A stretch of 64,000 bases of DNA, taken from contig CAWCLO010000004.1 in the NCBI GenBank assembly GCA_963796455.1, positions 1,088,001 to 1,152,000 of the forward strand, given 5' to 3'. Under the pieces are notes generated by a model. That model saw only the letters and a list, made by a program, of their open reading frames with translations, searched no databases and was not told the DNA's origin. The position numbers were made by a program, and so were the translations under genes. Shown piece by piece: positions 39,039 to 52,000 of the stretch. Each line of letters begins with the position of its first letter. Position 1 is the first letter of the stretch. Origin of the DNA: Candidatus Sulfomarinibacteraceae bacterium. Lineage in GTDB: Bacteria; Acidobacteriota; Thermoanaerobaculia; Thermoanaerobaculales; Sulfomarinibacteraceae.

Positions 39039-40529
39039 TTACGGGCTCCGCCAGTTTTCGTCAAAATCCAACCCGAAATGCTGTTCGACGATGGCCCGGG
39101 CAATGTTTTCCGCCAGCAGTTCGTTTGCGAGATCGGTCAGGTGACCGAAATCGCCGGCAAAGAGATCGGAGAAATAGACCTCAACCCCATCTCTTTGCAC
39201 CAGTTCGGTAAAGAACGAGTTGTCAACATAGATGGATCCTTCATCGTGATCGAAGATCTGTTTGAGCGACTCAACCCTCCGACCCGGGTACTGGACGGCG
39301 ACATGGTCGATTCCGTTACTGTCGAGGATCCCCCGCACCTTTAGATAGTTGCTCCGCGTTCGAGGATTGACATAGTCTTCACGGATTCGCGTTTCGAGGA
39401 CCCTCAGCCTTTCGGCCTCCTCCATTCTCCCGTGCCGTTCACAGAACTCGATCAGCCATGGATAATATCGAGAATCCCCGGGGCTGATACGGTCGACGAT
39501 CTCTCGCAAGTACTGCTCCGCACGATCGATGTTTCCTGCCTTCTCGTGGACCCGGGCAAGAGCTCCCGCGTAGTGGATCTGGGTATTGGTGTCATCTTCT
39601 GAAACGAGATCGTTCCGCAGCTCGAGCAATGATTCGATCGCACAATCCAATTGGCCCAGATTTTCGTACGAAGTGGCGAAACCGTCAACGATGTCGATTG
39701 AAGGTCCGGGGATCGACTCAGCACCCTGGACAAGGATTTGATGCGCGTTGTCCAAATCACCGATTTTCGTGTAAATGAAGAAAAGCTCGACATAAGCTCC
39801 TACCGTGGTCGGTTCAGAAACGAGGATGTCGAGGAGAATGCGCTCAGCTTCCTCAAACCTCGATTTCGAAAAGAGGGTGCGAGCCTGCGACAGCAGGATT
39901 TCGGTAGCCTCATCGGGGCTCGATCGAAAGCTCGGAACCCGCGCGTTCTCACGACCGCCGATTGAACCGGTTTGATCGCTCCAAACGATTCCTTCAGCCA
40001 CCTTCAACCTCTCAACATCGGCGGCGCCGAAAAGCCTTTTCTGAACCCCTACTCGCAGAACCCGATAGAGCTTGTAGATCCTCATCGAGCCATACCATCT
40101 TCCTCTGCCTGGTTCGATCAGACTTCCATAGGTGTGGGTCCTGCCGGCGTCGTTGACACCCATCATCGTGACTACCAGATGAGGCTCATAAGTGGCGATG
40201 TCTTCTTCCAGAAAGGCAAGGATTTCGCCTGTAATAGTGCCGAACCGACCTCCGTTGATGACGCTGACCTGTACTCCGCTGAACTGGGCGTCGAAGATAG
40301 CCTGAAGATATTCGGGATAACTACGGGTCCAGGGCTCACCTATTGTGGTCGACTCGCCGAGGCAGAGAACCCGGAACTCACCGCCCTTTTCGAGCTGAGC
40401 TCGATTTTCCCCCGCCTGCCGGTAGTCCAACGCCCACCCGGCAGCCCGCATGCCCCCTTCGAGCAGGAGGACGGCGAGCAGGATGCCAAAAACAACGAGC
40501 CCGATACGGGCCAACCAGTTGTTACCCAC
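39039..40529 (-). CDS. Membrane-anchored SGNH/GDSL hydrolase with a TPR insertion
   Basis: CLGESTT (block I), NGG, GVND (block III), DFGH (block V); TPR-like helices between blocks III and V. Confidence 0.8.
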   Translation of the reverse strand: MGNNWLARIGLVVFGILLAVLLLEGGMRAAGWALDYRQAGENRAQLEKGGEFRVLCLGESTTIGEPWTRSYPEYLQAIFDAQFSGVQVSVINGGRFGTITGEILAFLEEDIATYEPHLVVTMMGVNDAGRTHTYGSLIEPGRGRWYGSMRIYKLYRVLRVGVQKRLFGAADVERLKVAEGIVWSDQTGSIGGRENARVPSFRSSPDEATEILLSQARTLFSKSRFEEAERILLDILVSEPTTVGAYVELFFIYTKIGDLDNAHQILVQGAESIPGPSIDIVDGFATSYENLGQLDCAIESLLELRNDLVSEDDTNTQIHYAGALARVHEKAGNIDRAEQYLREIVDRISPGDSRYYPWLIEFCERHGRMEEAERLRVLETRIREDYVNPRTRSNYLKVRGILDSNGIDHVAVQYPGRRVESLKQIFDHDEGSIYVDNSFFTELVQRDGVEVYFSDLFAGDFGHLTDLANELLAENIARAIVEQHFGLDFDENWRSP

Positions 40530-40576
40530 TGAAACATGTTACCTAAGGTGGCTCAACGGTTGGTGGGGTCGATCGG

Positions 40577-40630
40577 AAAGGTGCCATGCGCCCCCTGGCA
40601 CCTTTATTGGAACCTGGCACTGATGGCACC
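40577..40630. repeat. Cluster of GGCACC(TTTA) cores of the transposase-end family
   Basis: AAAGGTGCCA-9 bp-TGGCACCTTT(AT), then ACCTGGCAC and TGGCACC. Confidence 0.8.
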
Positions 40631-40642
40631 GATGTCACGCCG

Positions 40643-43600
40643 TCACGGAGAGGTCCCCGACCACCTCGATGTGTCTCCGGATTCGAAATCGTCGACGAAG
40701 ACATTTTCGTTCGCGATAAAAATCACCGCTGCTTCATCACAGGGTCCGGGGCTAAATGTTCTCACCCAATACCATCCCGAGGCAGATGCCGGGATCTCGA
40801 TCGCGGAGGTGGTCTCCCCCGTGATCCACTGGTATCCATCGAAATCGCCATCGACCATCAAGGCTGTGGACTCGATTTTCGCGATCGACCTGATGGAAGG
40901 GGCAACGCATCCGGAATCGGCCGTCATCGCAGTGACCGTTGGGGTCGAGTCGCTGAAAACCATGTTCGTGTTGTTCTCGTGCGGCTCAGTGAAGGTCGAC
41001 ACTGCGAAATCATACGGAGAGCCTGGCTGGAGCCACGTGACCGGGTAGCTGTCGTTGGCCTTTGTCCAGGTCCAACCGGCGGATTCCCAATCCTCGGATC
41101 CAGCGAGTTTCGAGAAGGGCTCGTAGGCTCCGACATCTGCCGAATACGGAATCGGCACCCAGCTCAACCACACCGTGTGGTCGCCCACAGAAACGATCTC
41201 GAGCAGGCCGGGGGCCACTGTCTGCGTGTCTCCCCAATAACCGTCGAAGGTCCCATGCTTTTGGTCCACAAATTCCCTTGTCTCTTCATTCTCAGCTTGA
41301 AGCGCGTTCCAGGACAGCCTCAATCCGCTGCCGTCCCACAACTGCTTCAACTCGGTGATCCGCGATGGAATCTCCCCGGACAGACGGTTGGATCTCAGAT
41401 TCGCGTTCTCAAGCGCCGAGAGGTCGCAAAACTCGTTCGGGATGAGACCGCTCAAAGCGTTTGCCGCCAGGTTGAGATCCGCCAACTGGCTCAGAAATCC
41501 AATTTCGGTCGGGATCGGCCCGGTGAATTCGTTGAAACTGAGATTGAGGGTTCTCAGCGCGCTCAGGTTCCCGAGCTCAAGCGGAACGGTACCGACGAGG
41601 TTGTTCGATTCCAGGTCGATCGTAACGATCTGCGGGACACTGTTGCACCACACTCCAAACCACGAACACTCTGTACCCCGATCGTTGAAATCAATGTCGT
41701 CGATGCGCCAACCTGTACGGTCGGTCCAGTCAGCGCCGTTGGCTGCGTTGTAGAGCGCGATGAGCGTCGCCCGCTCATCCTCCGGAATGGCGGTAGGCGG
41801 TCCCCCCGTGCAACCGAGAACATCCACCGGCACACGGACGAGATTGGTGTCCTCGGACTCTCCGGCAGTTGCCCGAACGAGATAGTGATAGGTCTCAGGC
41901 GGCGAGACCGCATGAACGTCGGTGTAGGTGGTCGTCGGCACAAGCGCAGCGATGCGGTCGGATTCCGAGGGTTGGAAGTCGGGCGAGGTGCTCCGGTAGA
42001 TTCGGTAGGACACGTCGTCGCCGCAAACGGATTCGCCGACATCGGTCCAGTCGAGCCGTACGCTGCAGACGCTATTGGGGAGGAGCACCGCCGAATCCAA
42101 CCCGGAGAAGTCCGGTTCGTCGGCCTGTCCGTCGCAGTCATTGTCTGCGCCGTCGCAGAATTCTGCCGCGCCTGGATACGTCAGTTCTTCCATGTCATCA
42201 CAGTCGTCGTCGCTGATGACATAGCCGAAAGGCGCTGTGCACCCCAGGGTCGGCCGATCCGGATCACCGTGGCCGTCGGAGTCGACGTCCATGAAGAACT
42301 GTTCCGCACAGACGCGGTAGAGTTCCCGACCGTACTCATCATCATCAGCAGAGAACACGAGGTCGTTGCCGACGGTTGGCCCGATGAACGGGGAGGATCC
42401 GGACGGCCCCGGGTTGACCTCTGCCAGCAAGCGAGTGCCTGCCGAGGTGCCGTCCGTGGTCCACAGCTCACTCCCGTGGTCCGGAGTGATGGGATTCAAG
42501 ACCAGGACGCCGTTGACCATTTTCATCCCGAACGGGTCCGAGCCCGTTGGGCCTGGCCAAAAATCAAGCACCAGCAAGGTGCCGTCAGCGGTGCCGTCTG
42601 AGCGCCACAACTCTTCGCCGTGAGCTCCATCGTCCGCAAGGAAGTACACCTCGTCGCCGCCTGCGACGAAATACCAAGGAGACGAGGCGGTGATACCAGG
42701 ATTGATGTCCTTCACCATCCAGGTACCGGCCTCGGTACCGTCACTCCGCCACAGTTCCAATCCCTCCGACACCGTACGGGCTCCGAAGTACGCGATTTCC
42801 CCCACCCTCACGATCTCAGACATGTATATTTCCCACGAGCTGCCTGGGCCCGACCGGATATCTTTCACGATCCACGTTCCGGCCTCGGTGCCGTCGCTCC
42901 GCCACAGTTCCTTGCCCGCAACCCCATCGTCCGCCCAGAAAAGAGCAAAGCCATCCATCGCGGTCAAGTTCCCCGGATCCGACCCTGTCGATCCGGTGGC
43001 GATGTCCTTGACCATCGACGTACCCATTGGCGTACCGTCGGAGATCCACAGTTCCTGTCCATTGGCTCCATCGTCGGCACGAAACAGAACCTGGTTGGCA
43101 AACGGCAGGAGGTACCACGGCCCCCCCGACTCGGGGCCGGGATTGATATCCAAAACCATCTCGGTGCCGGCGGTCGTGCCATCGCTCACCCACAACTCGC
43201 GCCCGTTGGCACCGTCATCGCCGTCGAAGAACTGTCCCCCCGGAAGTCACGGATCCGAAGACGAACGAAGCGCCGACCGGGTTGATGTCCTTGAGCAACG
43301 ACGTCCCCTCCGGAGTGCAATCGGTCGTCCACAGCTCCTGGGAATAAGACCCCGGATGTGGCAACAAAAAAAGCTGGTTTCCCAACAAGGACCGCGCGGA
43401 GGGGCTCGAGTGACCTGTCTCGTGCACGTCGAAAATCAGATTGGTACCGCCCGTTGTCGCATCGCTGGTCCAGGGCTCGGATCCGTGGGGTCCGTCGTTC
43501 GCACTGAAAAAGACATCGCCGTTTCCACAGGTTGCGAAGAAACCGACACCTCGATCGACTGGTCAGCGCCAGCGGGTCAAGCCAACAGTCCCACCTGCGG

Positions 43601-45042
43601 TTCCGTCGGTGATCCAGGGCCGGGTCACCGTCTGTTTCGTCGATGGCGTGAAAGAAAACCGCGGTGCCGGTGCTCAAAAAGCCATGGTTCGAAATCTTGC
43701 TGCTGTCGGGGCCGAGGTCGATATCTTCGATGATCACCGTGCCTTCGGCGGTGCCATCTCGGGGCACCTCCATGGTTCACTCCCATGCGTCCCGTCAGAG
43801 GCGGTGAAAACCACACCGAAGTCGGTCACAACCATCTCTGAGATCGTGGTCCAGTCAGGACCCGGAGTGATGTCTTTAACCATCGCGGTGCCCAGGGTGG
43901 TGCCGTCGGAAGCCCACAGTTCCCGACCCGAGATCCCGTCGTTGGCATCGAAAAAAACAGCGACGGGGTAGCCGCGAGGAGTTCGGGTGAGGAGTTCGAC
44001 GGCCCTTCCCAGACGTCCTTGACCATCGTCGTGCCTGCTTGGCTGCCATCGGATTTCCAGAGTTCGGTTCCATTGACGCCGTCAGATGCCGCGAAGAACA
44101 GCTGAGAATCGAAAACTCTCAAGTATCTTGGGGATGAGCTCGACGAACCACTCCGGATGTCCTTCACCATCAAGGTTCCGGAGTCTGTACCGTTGGACCG
44201 CCACAATTCGGTTCCGTTCGTTCCGTCGGAGGCTGCGAACACGACACCGGACACAAATGCCAGGTTCCGCGATGCCAGGGACGAGTTCGAACCAGGGTTG
44301 GGAGACGAGGGTCGTGCCCGGTCCGGTCCCATCCGAGATCCACAATTCGTATCCGTGTGTCCCGTCGTCCGCCCGTATTATTACCCCGCTGCTGGTCGCC
44401 ACCATGTAGTAAATCGAGGATGAGTCGGCACCGGGTCGGATATCTTTGACCATCACGGTGCCGGCCGCGGTGCCGTCGCTGACCCACAACTCTTTGCCAT
44501 GAGTACCGTCGTCTGCCGTGAAGAACAGCTTGCCCGCTGCTGCAATCGAGTATTGCGGCAGGCCGGACGGACTTCCTTCCAAAATGTCCTTGACCATCCA
44601 GGTGCCGCCGGGCGTCCCGTCAGTGCGCCACAGCTCTCAACCACCTTATCCCATCGTTGGCGGCGAAATAGACGATGTCTCCAATTCGTCTGAACCCAGA
44701 TGGCCCACTGTCGGATGAGCCGGTCGATGTCGAATAAGAGTGTCGTGCCGGCAGCCGTCCCGTCCGTATACCGAGAGTTCAACCCCCTCACGATCGTTCT
44801 GACCGTTGAAGACGACGACGCTGCCTGTCCACCCCAAGGTAGGCGTAATCCTGAAAACGATCCGCGGGGGTGGCCGGCCCAGTATTGATGTCCCGAACCA
44901 AGACCGGCGTTTGTGCACAAAGAACAGGCGTCACCAATGTCAACGCCATCGACGAATGGTGACCGCCACGGGGGCCTCCACCGCCCCGCCACGGCTCCCT
45001 CCTCGCCTGAGCACGGGACTCCGCAGCTGCGTTCACCGTCAA
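40643..45042 (-). CDS. Large secreted ELWxxDGT-repeat protein with Cys/Asp metal-binding motif, FN3, LRR and a C-terminal DGFES motif; several frameshifts in 43200-45000
   Basis: Many ELWxSDGT-x2-GT-x3-KDI repeats across ORFs 44082-44597, 43826-44332, 43186-43773 and 40643-43195; DCDD...YPGAAEFCDGADNDCDG; LxxNxLxGxIP LRRs. Start uncertain. Confidence 0.82.
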
Positions 45043-45116
45043 TGGATGGTTCCTTTCAACCCCTCGGGACGTCCCTTTCTTCAAAACAAATCACCTCAAA
45101 CAATGACTTGAACGAG

Positions 45117-45171
45117 TCAATACCCCCGTACCTGGCACCTTTATGGCACCTTTACCTTTTTGGCACCTTTA
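45117..45171. repeat. Solo transposon-end repeat with stuttered core
   Basis: TCAATACCCCCGTACCTGGCACCTTTAT identical to 56449-56476, followed by GGCACCTTTACCTTTT and TGGCACCTTTA. Confidence 0.92.
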
Positions 45172-46078
45172 TTTTCATTCTCGGCTTGTGTAACTGCAAA
45201 TAGGAGGTAACGATTTTGCTTTCGAAAAGTGTGACCGCCGTTTCGGACGACGTGACCTTGGCGATATGATCCAGTACCGGGGAAAATGCCTCGATGGTCG
45301 GCTCAACCTGATTACTATTCTTGGACAAGCTCTCCGATCCGATGTCCAGCTTTGCAGTCACAGGCGCCTCGTCTCGAGGTCCGACGATTCGCAGCGTCCA
45401 GGTCGGCGCACCATCCATGCTACCCCGGGTCAGGAGGGCGAACGATGTCGAGACATCGTCGCGCAACCGGTAGGCCGCCAAAACATCGTAGCTCACGCGA
45501 CGAGTTTTCTGTTTCAGGAGATAGACTCTCGTCGACAACCACTCAGGATAATAATCCTCACGGTCTGACCGTTCCGGAAATTGGCGGAACGCAAGAATGC
45601 CCGTGACCCGGCCGCGATCCACAATGAAATCGGTTCGATAGCCAACCAGCAACGAGCTTCCGATGCTTTCATCCACGAGAACGTCTGCAAGATGGGCACC
45701 ATTCGAAGACGAAGAAAAGACCCAGAGATGATGAGGGGGCCGTTGCCGGGATCCAAATTGAGTGATGACGACCACCGAACGCTCGTCAGTCCACGTTTTG
45801 CACCGAATCTCCACCGCGCCTGGGAACCCCGGGAGATCGGCGCCGTCCAGCCAGTCCCCGAACGCCCCGAGCACGTCCTCTGTTCCTTGGAAGCAGTCAC
45901 TCTCGATGTCGGCCCAAATCTCAACCCGACGATCACCGTAGTCATGATTCGGGGCGAGATTTTTCAACCTGCCTCTCAGATCCTCGTAACGAACGGAAGA
46001 CACCAGTTGCAGATCGACTGCCTGCGCAGCGAACGATGAGAGCATAATGGAAAAAATGACTATGAAGGGCATCTTCAT
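45152..46078 (-). CDS. Secreted hypothetical protein, putative immunity protein of the upstream transglycosylase effector
   Basis: Signal peptide ending AQA; starts 3 nt after the 46082 stop; its own stop lies inside the end repeat. Confidence 0.6.
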   Translation of the reverse strand: MKMPFIVIFSIMLSSFAAQAVDLQLVSSVRYEDLRGRLKNLAPNHDYGDRRVEIWADIESDCFQGTEDVLGAFGDWLDGADLPGFPGAVEIRCKTWTDERSVVVITQFGSRQRPPHHLWVFSSSSNGAHLADVLVDESIGSSLLVGYRTDFIVDRGRVTGILAFRQFPERSDREDYYPEWLSTRVYLLKQKTRRVSYDVLAAYRLRDDVSTSFALLTRGSMDGAPTWTLRIVGPRDEAPVTAKLDIGSESLSKNSNQVEPTIEAFSPVLDHIAKVTSSETAVTLFESKIVTSYLQLHKPRMKIKVPKR

Positions 46079-46081
46079 CTC

Positions 46082-49000
46082 CTACGGCGGAACCGTTGCG
46101 CCCCAGATGGTTGGGTCTTGAGAAAAGAGGTGCATCTGTTTGAGCACAGCGTTCGCATAGGGATCGCCCGCCCCATTATAGTCACCCAACATCTCCTTGA
46201 TCTGCTGACGAAGTGTCGCTTCCTCGCAGTTGATACCGCAAGCCGATTCGAAGTTCTGAGATTTGTTGAGGATGAAGCTGGCCAGGGCCGTGCCGACCTG
46301 GATGGAAACCGCAGGGTTGAGGACCTGGTCGAACAGATGGCTGTCTTCATCGCCGAAATCGTATTCGATCCTCATCATCTTGCCCCGTTGAGTGGGGTAA
46401 TCATGATTGAGAACTCCGTACTGCATCAACCCGAAGGAACCGGAGAGAAGGTACTGTGAATTGACGGAGTACTGCGGATCGTACAACGAGTTGTCGAAAA
46501 GATTGATCATCAGATGTTCGTGGGAGGTGCCGTCACGCATGAAGTTGAAACCACCACACCCGGTCGCACCCGCGTTGGTCGATATCCACCCGCTGATCGA
46601 AGTGGTGGTGAGATCCCCCGCGGGGAGATTTGCCGTGGGATAGATCTTGCAGTCGGGAACGTCAGCGAGGCCGTTCAGGAGGGTTTCGAGGTCGGCGATC
46701 CCGGCGGGAAGGGTGAGGATTTTTTCGCCTCTCCTGTCGGTGCCCGTACCGTAGCCGATATCTCTCTGCACTTGAGGGTACAGGGTAATCGAGAGCCCGG
46801 CAGGGGCCGCCAAACCCAGGTTCAATTGTGAACTCGCCGGACCGTACTCGATGCTGAAACGCTGCCCCACTGGTGAAGCGGCCGGGTATTCATCCATCGG
46901 GAGGTCGGCAACGCTGCCCGGTTTCCCATGCCGTCGATGCCCGACCTGAATCCAATCGTTGATTCTGGCGCCGAATTCGCCCTGAGGAGGGTTGCAGACC
47001 GGTGGTGGAGCGGAGCCCGCGTACGGTGTGATGCACGCGGGTGAATTCCTCGGCGTTACGGTGAACAACCTCAACGTCTCATTGGTCTGAAGATGACCCG
47101 CAAGACCCGCGTCAAACAGATCGAGCGTCATCGAGCCCGGCGGAATGGAGACCGCCCTGGATGGCGGATTGTTGTTTTCGGCTGTTCTGCCGGCAAAGGC
47201 GTACATGCAATAGGGCTCGACTTCAATGCGGTGGGCATTCGAGGTGTAGACCGAAAGGTCCTCGCACTTTCGGCCGGCCTGGATATCCCACCCTCCTCCA
47301 GCGAAATACTTGAAATCGAAGGTGTACGGCTCGTATTTGTAGGCGTTGGTTCGAATACGGATACTTGCAAAGACACCCGGTGTGGCCTGCCGGGTGGCAA
47401 AACCGCTTTCCTTCAGGATTAAGGCCTTGGCGACATCAGACGGGATTCCGTGACGATCGCAGAAATAGCTGATGATGTTGTCGATATTGAACCGGAGTGG
47501 ATCCGCGGGCGGGTCGGCTCCCACATTGCTGGCGCAATTGGTGTCTTCGGTACCCTGATTCTCCTGCCGACACCAATCGCTCTGGATGCGTTCCCGCGCC
47601 ACACCTCTGAGTTGGACCGTCGCCCAGTCGTTTGGATCCGCAGCGCCATTGAGCCGCACGATCATCGGAACCCGCGGGCTTCCGTAACCATAGGCCCTCA
47701 GGGCCGGATCGGGTGGCAGAAAGCTGTTGGGTATGGGTGGATTCGTTTGATCGAAGAGCGGATGGAGTTGGTCTGATGCGATGTGGAACGCGAGAATGCG
47801 TCCGGCATCGTCGGCGCCATCGGTGATGTTGCGGAAGCTCAAGGTGCGGATAGCGAAGTTCTTGGTGTCGTCGGGATCCAGGTAGTTGTACTGGATCGTC
47901 ACCGAGTTCTCGGCGGAATCAATGAGATACTCGAGCGCGCTGCCGCCGTTGACCGGATCGGTGACCGCTGAAAACCACGGCACAGCCAGCCCCGTTTCGC
48001 TCGGCCCGGCCGCGGGCCAACCATCTTTCCATTCAACAACAATCGGGTAGTCTCCGGCGCCCGGAGCACCGGTCGGCACCCTCTGCACCGCGTAGGTCAG
48101 CCGCCGGTGCTCGCCGAGCGGGATTTCTTTGACCAGGCCTTGGCCGTACATCCGGGCATCAATCCTGTCCATGGCGTCGGCGGCCGATGCGCCACCCTTG
48201 CCAACCTCGATTTTGAAGGCGGTTGCCGAGACCTCGAAATTCGCACAGTCGGTGCACGGTTCGGCCTCGCCGATAATTGCCGTCTTGGTGGGTTTGAGGC
48301 GAATCTCGGCAAGGTGGCTCGTCGAGTAGAATCCGGCCCGCGTTTCTTTGAAATTCACGGTCACGATCTCGGCGTGACCTTCGGCATCCTCGTATCGCAG
48401 CGACAGGTCATCGGGCGGTGACTTACCCGCTGTTGTGATGTACTCGAGCCAATAGGTTTTTTCGAACTCGATCTCTTCATGGGCGACCGGAGAATAATCC
48501 TCCCTCAAAAAGCGAACCCCGGCAACGAAGAAGCTGTACGACTCCCGATCCCACTCGGTGTATTGGTTGATCAACTCGGGTGCCAACGGCTCTGCATAGA
48601 CACGGTAGTACCCCGGTTCCTTTGGTGCCTTGGACACCCACACGGCCGTACCCTTGTACGATTCGGCCGATCCCCGAACCTCCCTGTGTTCGTCTGTACA
48701 TCGAGTGTCGAAGACGGATCTCCGAATGGGGTGATCACGACACCGCCGGCCCCGTCGTCATCGACAGATCCCGCGGTCATTTCGACCTCGAGATACTTTG
48801 TCGGCTTACCGTTGGAGTCAACGAGCAGGTGCGTCGCACTTGACGTCGGGCCGTTGACGTACACATGGTAAGGAATGTTGTAAAACGGATTCTGGGGGTG
48901 AGGATCGCTGAGTTCGTCCACCATCACGGGATGGATTCGGAGCCAGATTCTGTTGCCGAGGCGACCATAAACCCCCTCGCCAGGTTGCATCGGGTAGCTT

Positions 49001-52000
49001 CCGGTCCCGAGCCTGATGTAACCCTCACAGAAGAAGGAGTTGCTTTCGGGGCAGGACCAAACCGTCATGGGTACCTCATCGACAACCTCGATCGTGACCG
49101 AATTCTCGATGTAGCTCCCGTCAACCCGCCGAACTCTCAGGTTCTTCGTATGAGCCCCTTCAGGCAAGGTTGAACTCGTCTTTTGTAGGGCCCGCATTGC
49201 GTACGTAGGTATGTCCTTCGGCCAGGTGACGGCATACCACAACTGATCGCCGGGGCCGCCACCGTCGCTCAGTCCCACCTCGACAGCATTGGTGAGATCA
49301 TTCTCTTCACCCCGGTATCCCGCCTCGACGGTGATGTTTTCGTATTGATCCCGGAGGAGGAACTGCGGCCCCAGAGGGGCAAAATAGTGCACGCCTTCAT
49401 CTTCGATCATGGAATACACGGGATGGCGGATCCGCGGAATCCTTTTCACCCGGTATTCCGGTGCGAGGAACTGCACAGTTTCGGGCTGTTCGGGCTCCGG
49501 TGCCACCGGTAGCAGCCCGGTGCTATTGATTCGGCGGCGGGCGAAGTTCCCTGAAGCGCCCGATTGCTGAATCTGAACCGGAAAGGAAACCGACCCGTGG
49601 AGAATCTCGTTTGTTGCATAGTGGAACGGATCGGGTTCACCCTTGAGGAACCTCAGATAATTCGCGATGCTGCCCGGTCGATAAAGAATGGACAGGCTGA
49701 AGTCGTGCACGCTGTCGCACCATGTCGTTCCGCCGTCGATGCTGACCATCGGGTCGTGGTGGGGCCTCGAGGCCGGCAGAATGGCGCGCAGATTGATCGG
49801 CACTTGGCCAGAGATGTCCTCTTCGATCGTGGCGGGCGGGGTCGAATCGTCCAGGAAAATCGCCATCACCCGCGTCGCGACAATCCCCTCGGGTTCGAGC
49901 ACGGTCAGGTCCTCGAGCCTTTCGAGAGCTTTGTTCTCCAGATCGAGAAACTCGATTTCGACCCCTGCGAGCGCACGGGCGTGCGGCGGTAGGACCAATT
50001 TCACCACGCTGTAGCGGGGATTCAAACCGCAGTTTGTGCCAGTAGTCTTCTCTGGAGAGCCCGATAGGAATTCTTGGGTTTTCGATTCGTCCTTCGGCCA
50101 GGCGTCACGCCGGGTCTGGCGAATTCTATCGATCTCCATTCGACTCAACCGTTCGTCCCCGGAGATGGCCCCGTTGCCCAGTTTCAATATGCCTATGATC
50201 GGGTCGATTTGGCCTCCTGATGGCGCTGAGACGGGGCCATATTTTGCGCCTGTACCCGCCGGTAGAATCAGCTCAGGCTCTATCTCCACGGCTAGGTCTT
50301 CATTGAGTGTCACGGCAGTGCTGACACTCCCGTTCCATCCGGAAAGCGTCTCTTCGCCGAAATACGCCGCGCCAGAGATCAGCTTCCAGGTCACCGCAAC
50401 CGCCGATGCGGGCCGGCCGAACAGGTCCATCACATGGGCCCGCAGGGAGGTCGAAGGAGGGAGGATTTCATCGGTCGATAGATCAACCTCTCCCTCGAGA
50501 ACCAGGTGGGCGGTGGTCTCATGCGCCACGATTTCGAAGCCGTCGGTTGCCGGCTCTTCAAGGAGCTCGAGGGAGACCAGGTACTGACCGGTCCCCTGCC
50601 GGGTGGAAACGACGAAGAAATGCGAGCCCGAAACCCGGGTTGTCCACTCCACCGTGGCGTTTGTGTCGTCGGGCCCCCTGTCATCCGAGAATCCTTCAAA
50701 TGTATAGATGCCGTCTGGATCGGTTATCACCAGTTCGGGGTCGGTTGGTCGGCTGTCGTCTCCTTGACCGGAGGATCCCGGGACGGCGTCGAGCATCACG
50801 CGGACTTTCACGCCCTCACCGGCCACGAAAATGAAATAGTCCTTGTCGCCCGGTTCCCCCCATTCGCCTCGCCACACCTGGCCTGGAATGATTGGGTGTG
50901 CACATTCCGATCCCTCGCCGCCACACGAATCATCCTCTTCGTTCATGACGATCAGGGGATTCTCGGTGGTGCCGCTATTCTCAACACGGAAGGCATTCAG
51001 CCATCCGCTGCGCGATGTCCCGTTGAGGTCATCCCCGACACTCACGAAGTATGGGTTATCCAGTGGTGGCAGCTCTCCGGCCTGTGGCGTGATCTCGAGG
51101 TATCCACCTGCCTGCACCTCGCCGTAGTAGATCATGGGTTCAACGTCATCCTCGAGATCGTCATCGAGAAAGACGTACCCGTCGCCCCCGACGACCCAGG
51201 TCCGCGAATAGACGCGGAACGTCGCGTCCTCAACCACCTGACCAGGTGCCACTCCGTCAAGCGTATGGCCGACAGTCAGATTGATTGGCGGGGGCTCGCC
51301 GAAAAACCACCCGTTCGAGCCACAACCCTCCGCCGGATAACGTCCCCTCAGCACGATTTGGTAGCGGCCGACCGGCAAGCCGACATCTACCGGACTTACT
51401 GTAAGGTTCTTGTTGGCGGTCGAGAATCCGTCACCAAAGTCATCGGGTCCCAGAGTCAAGATCGGCCAATGGCGGTATATATCGTCGGCGCCGTAAACGG
51501 TCCAGCTGAATGCGAATGGCTCGAGTTCGGGAGATGTTGCATCTGCAGACAGGTCGAATTCATCCCACGGCGCCACATTGAGGGGGCCAACCGGTTCGTC
51601 AACCGACACCGTAGCCGCCCCTGGATACAAGGTACAGGTCGTCCACAACCTGACGTCATAACTGTCGCACCGCCCTTCCCCTAGTGCCCGTTCGCACGGG
51701 AGAGATCCGTTTTCAGGCCAGTAACGATCCGGAAGGTCGTCCACAGAAGCCGCAACGATGAGTCGTGCTTTGTAGTCGGAGTAGAACCCGTTATGCATGA
51801 TCGTTTTGGTGCGGAGATCTTCGAGGTCAGATGTCGGATCCATCGTCATCCTGGAAGACCACGGATATCCGGGCGAATTCTGCGATCCGATCGTCCATAA
51901 CGCAACCCCGCCCTCGGGCATCGATGATGTACTGCCGTCGAGGGGAATAATCAGGCCCGGCTTTCCGTAAACCGGGCTTTCTGACGGCTCGGTTACGACG

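Noticed and set aside
39024..39041. Additional transposon-end core (CTGGCAC-ATTGA-CCTTTA)
   Set aside because: Too degenerate to distinguish from chance.
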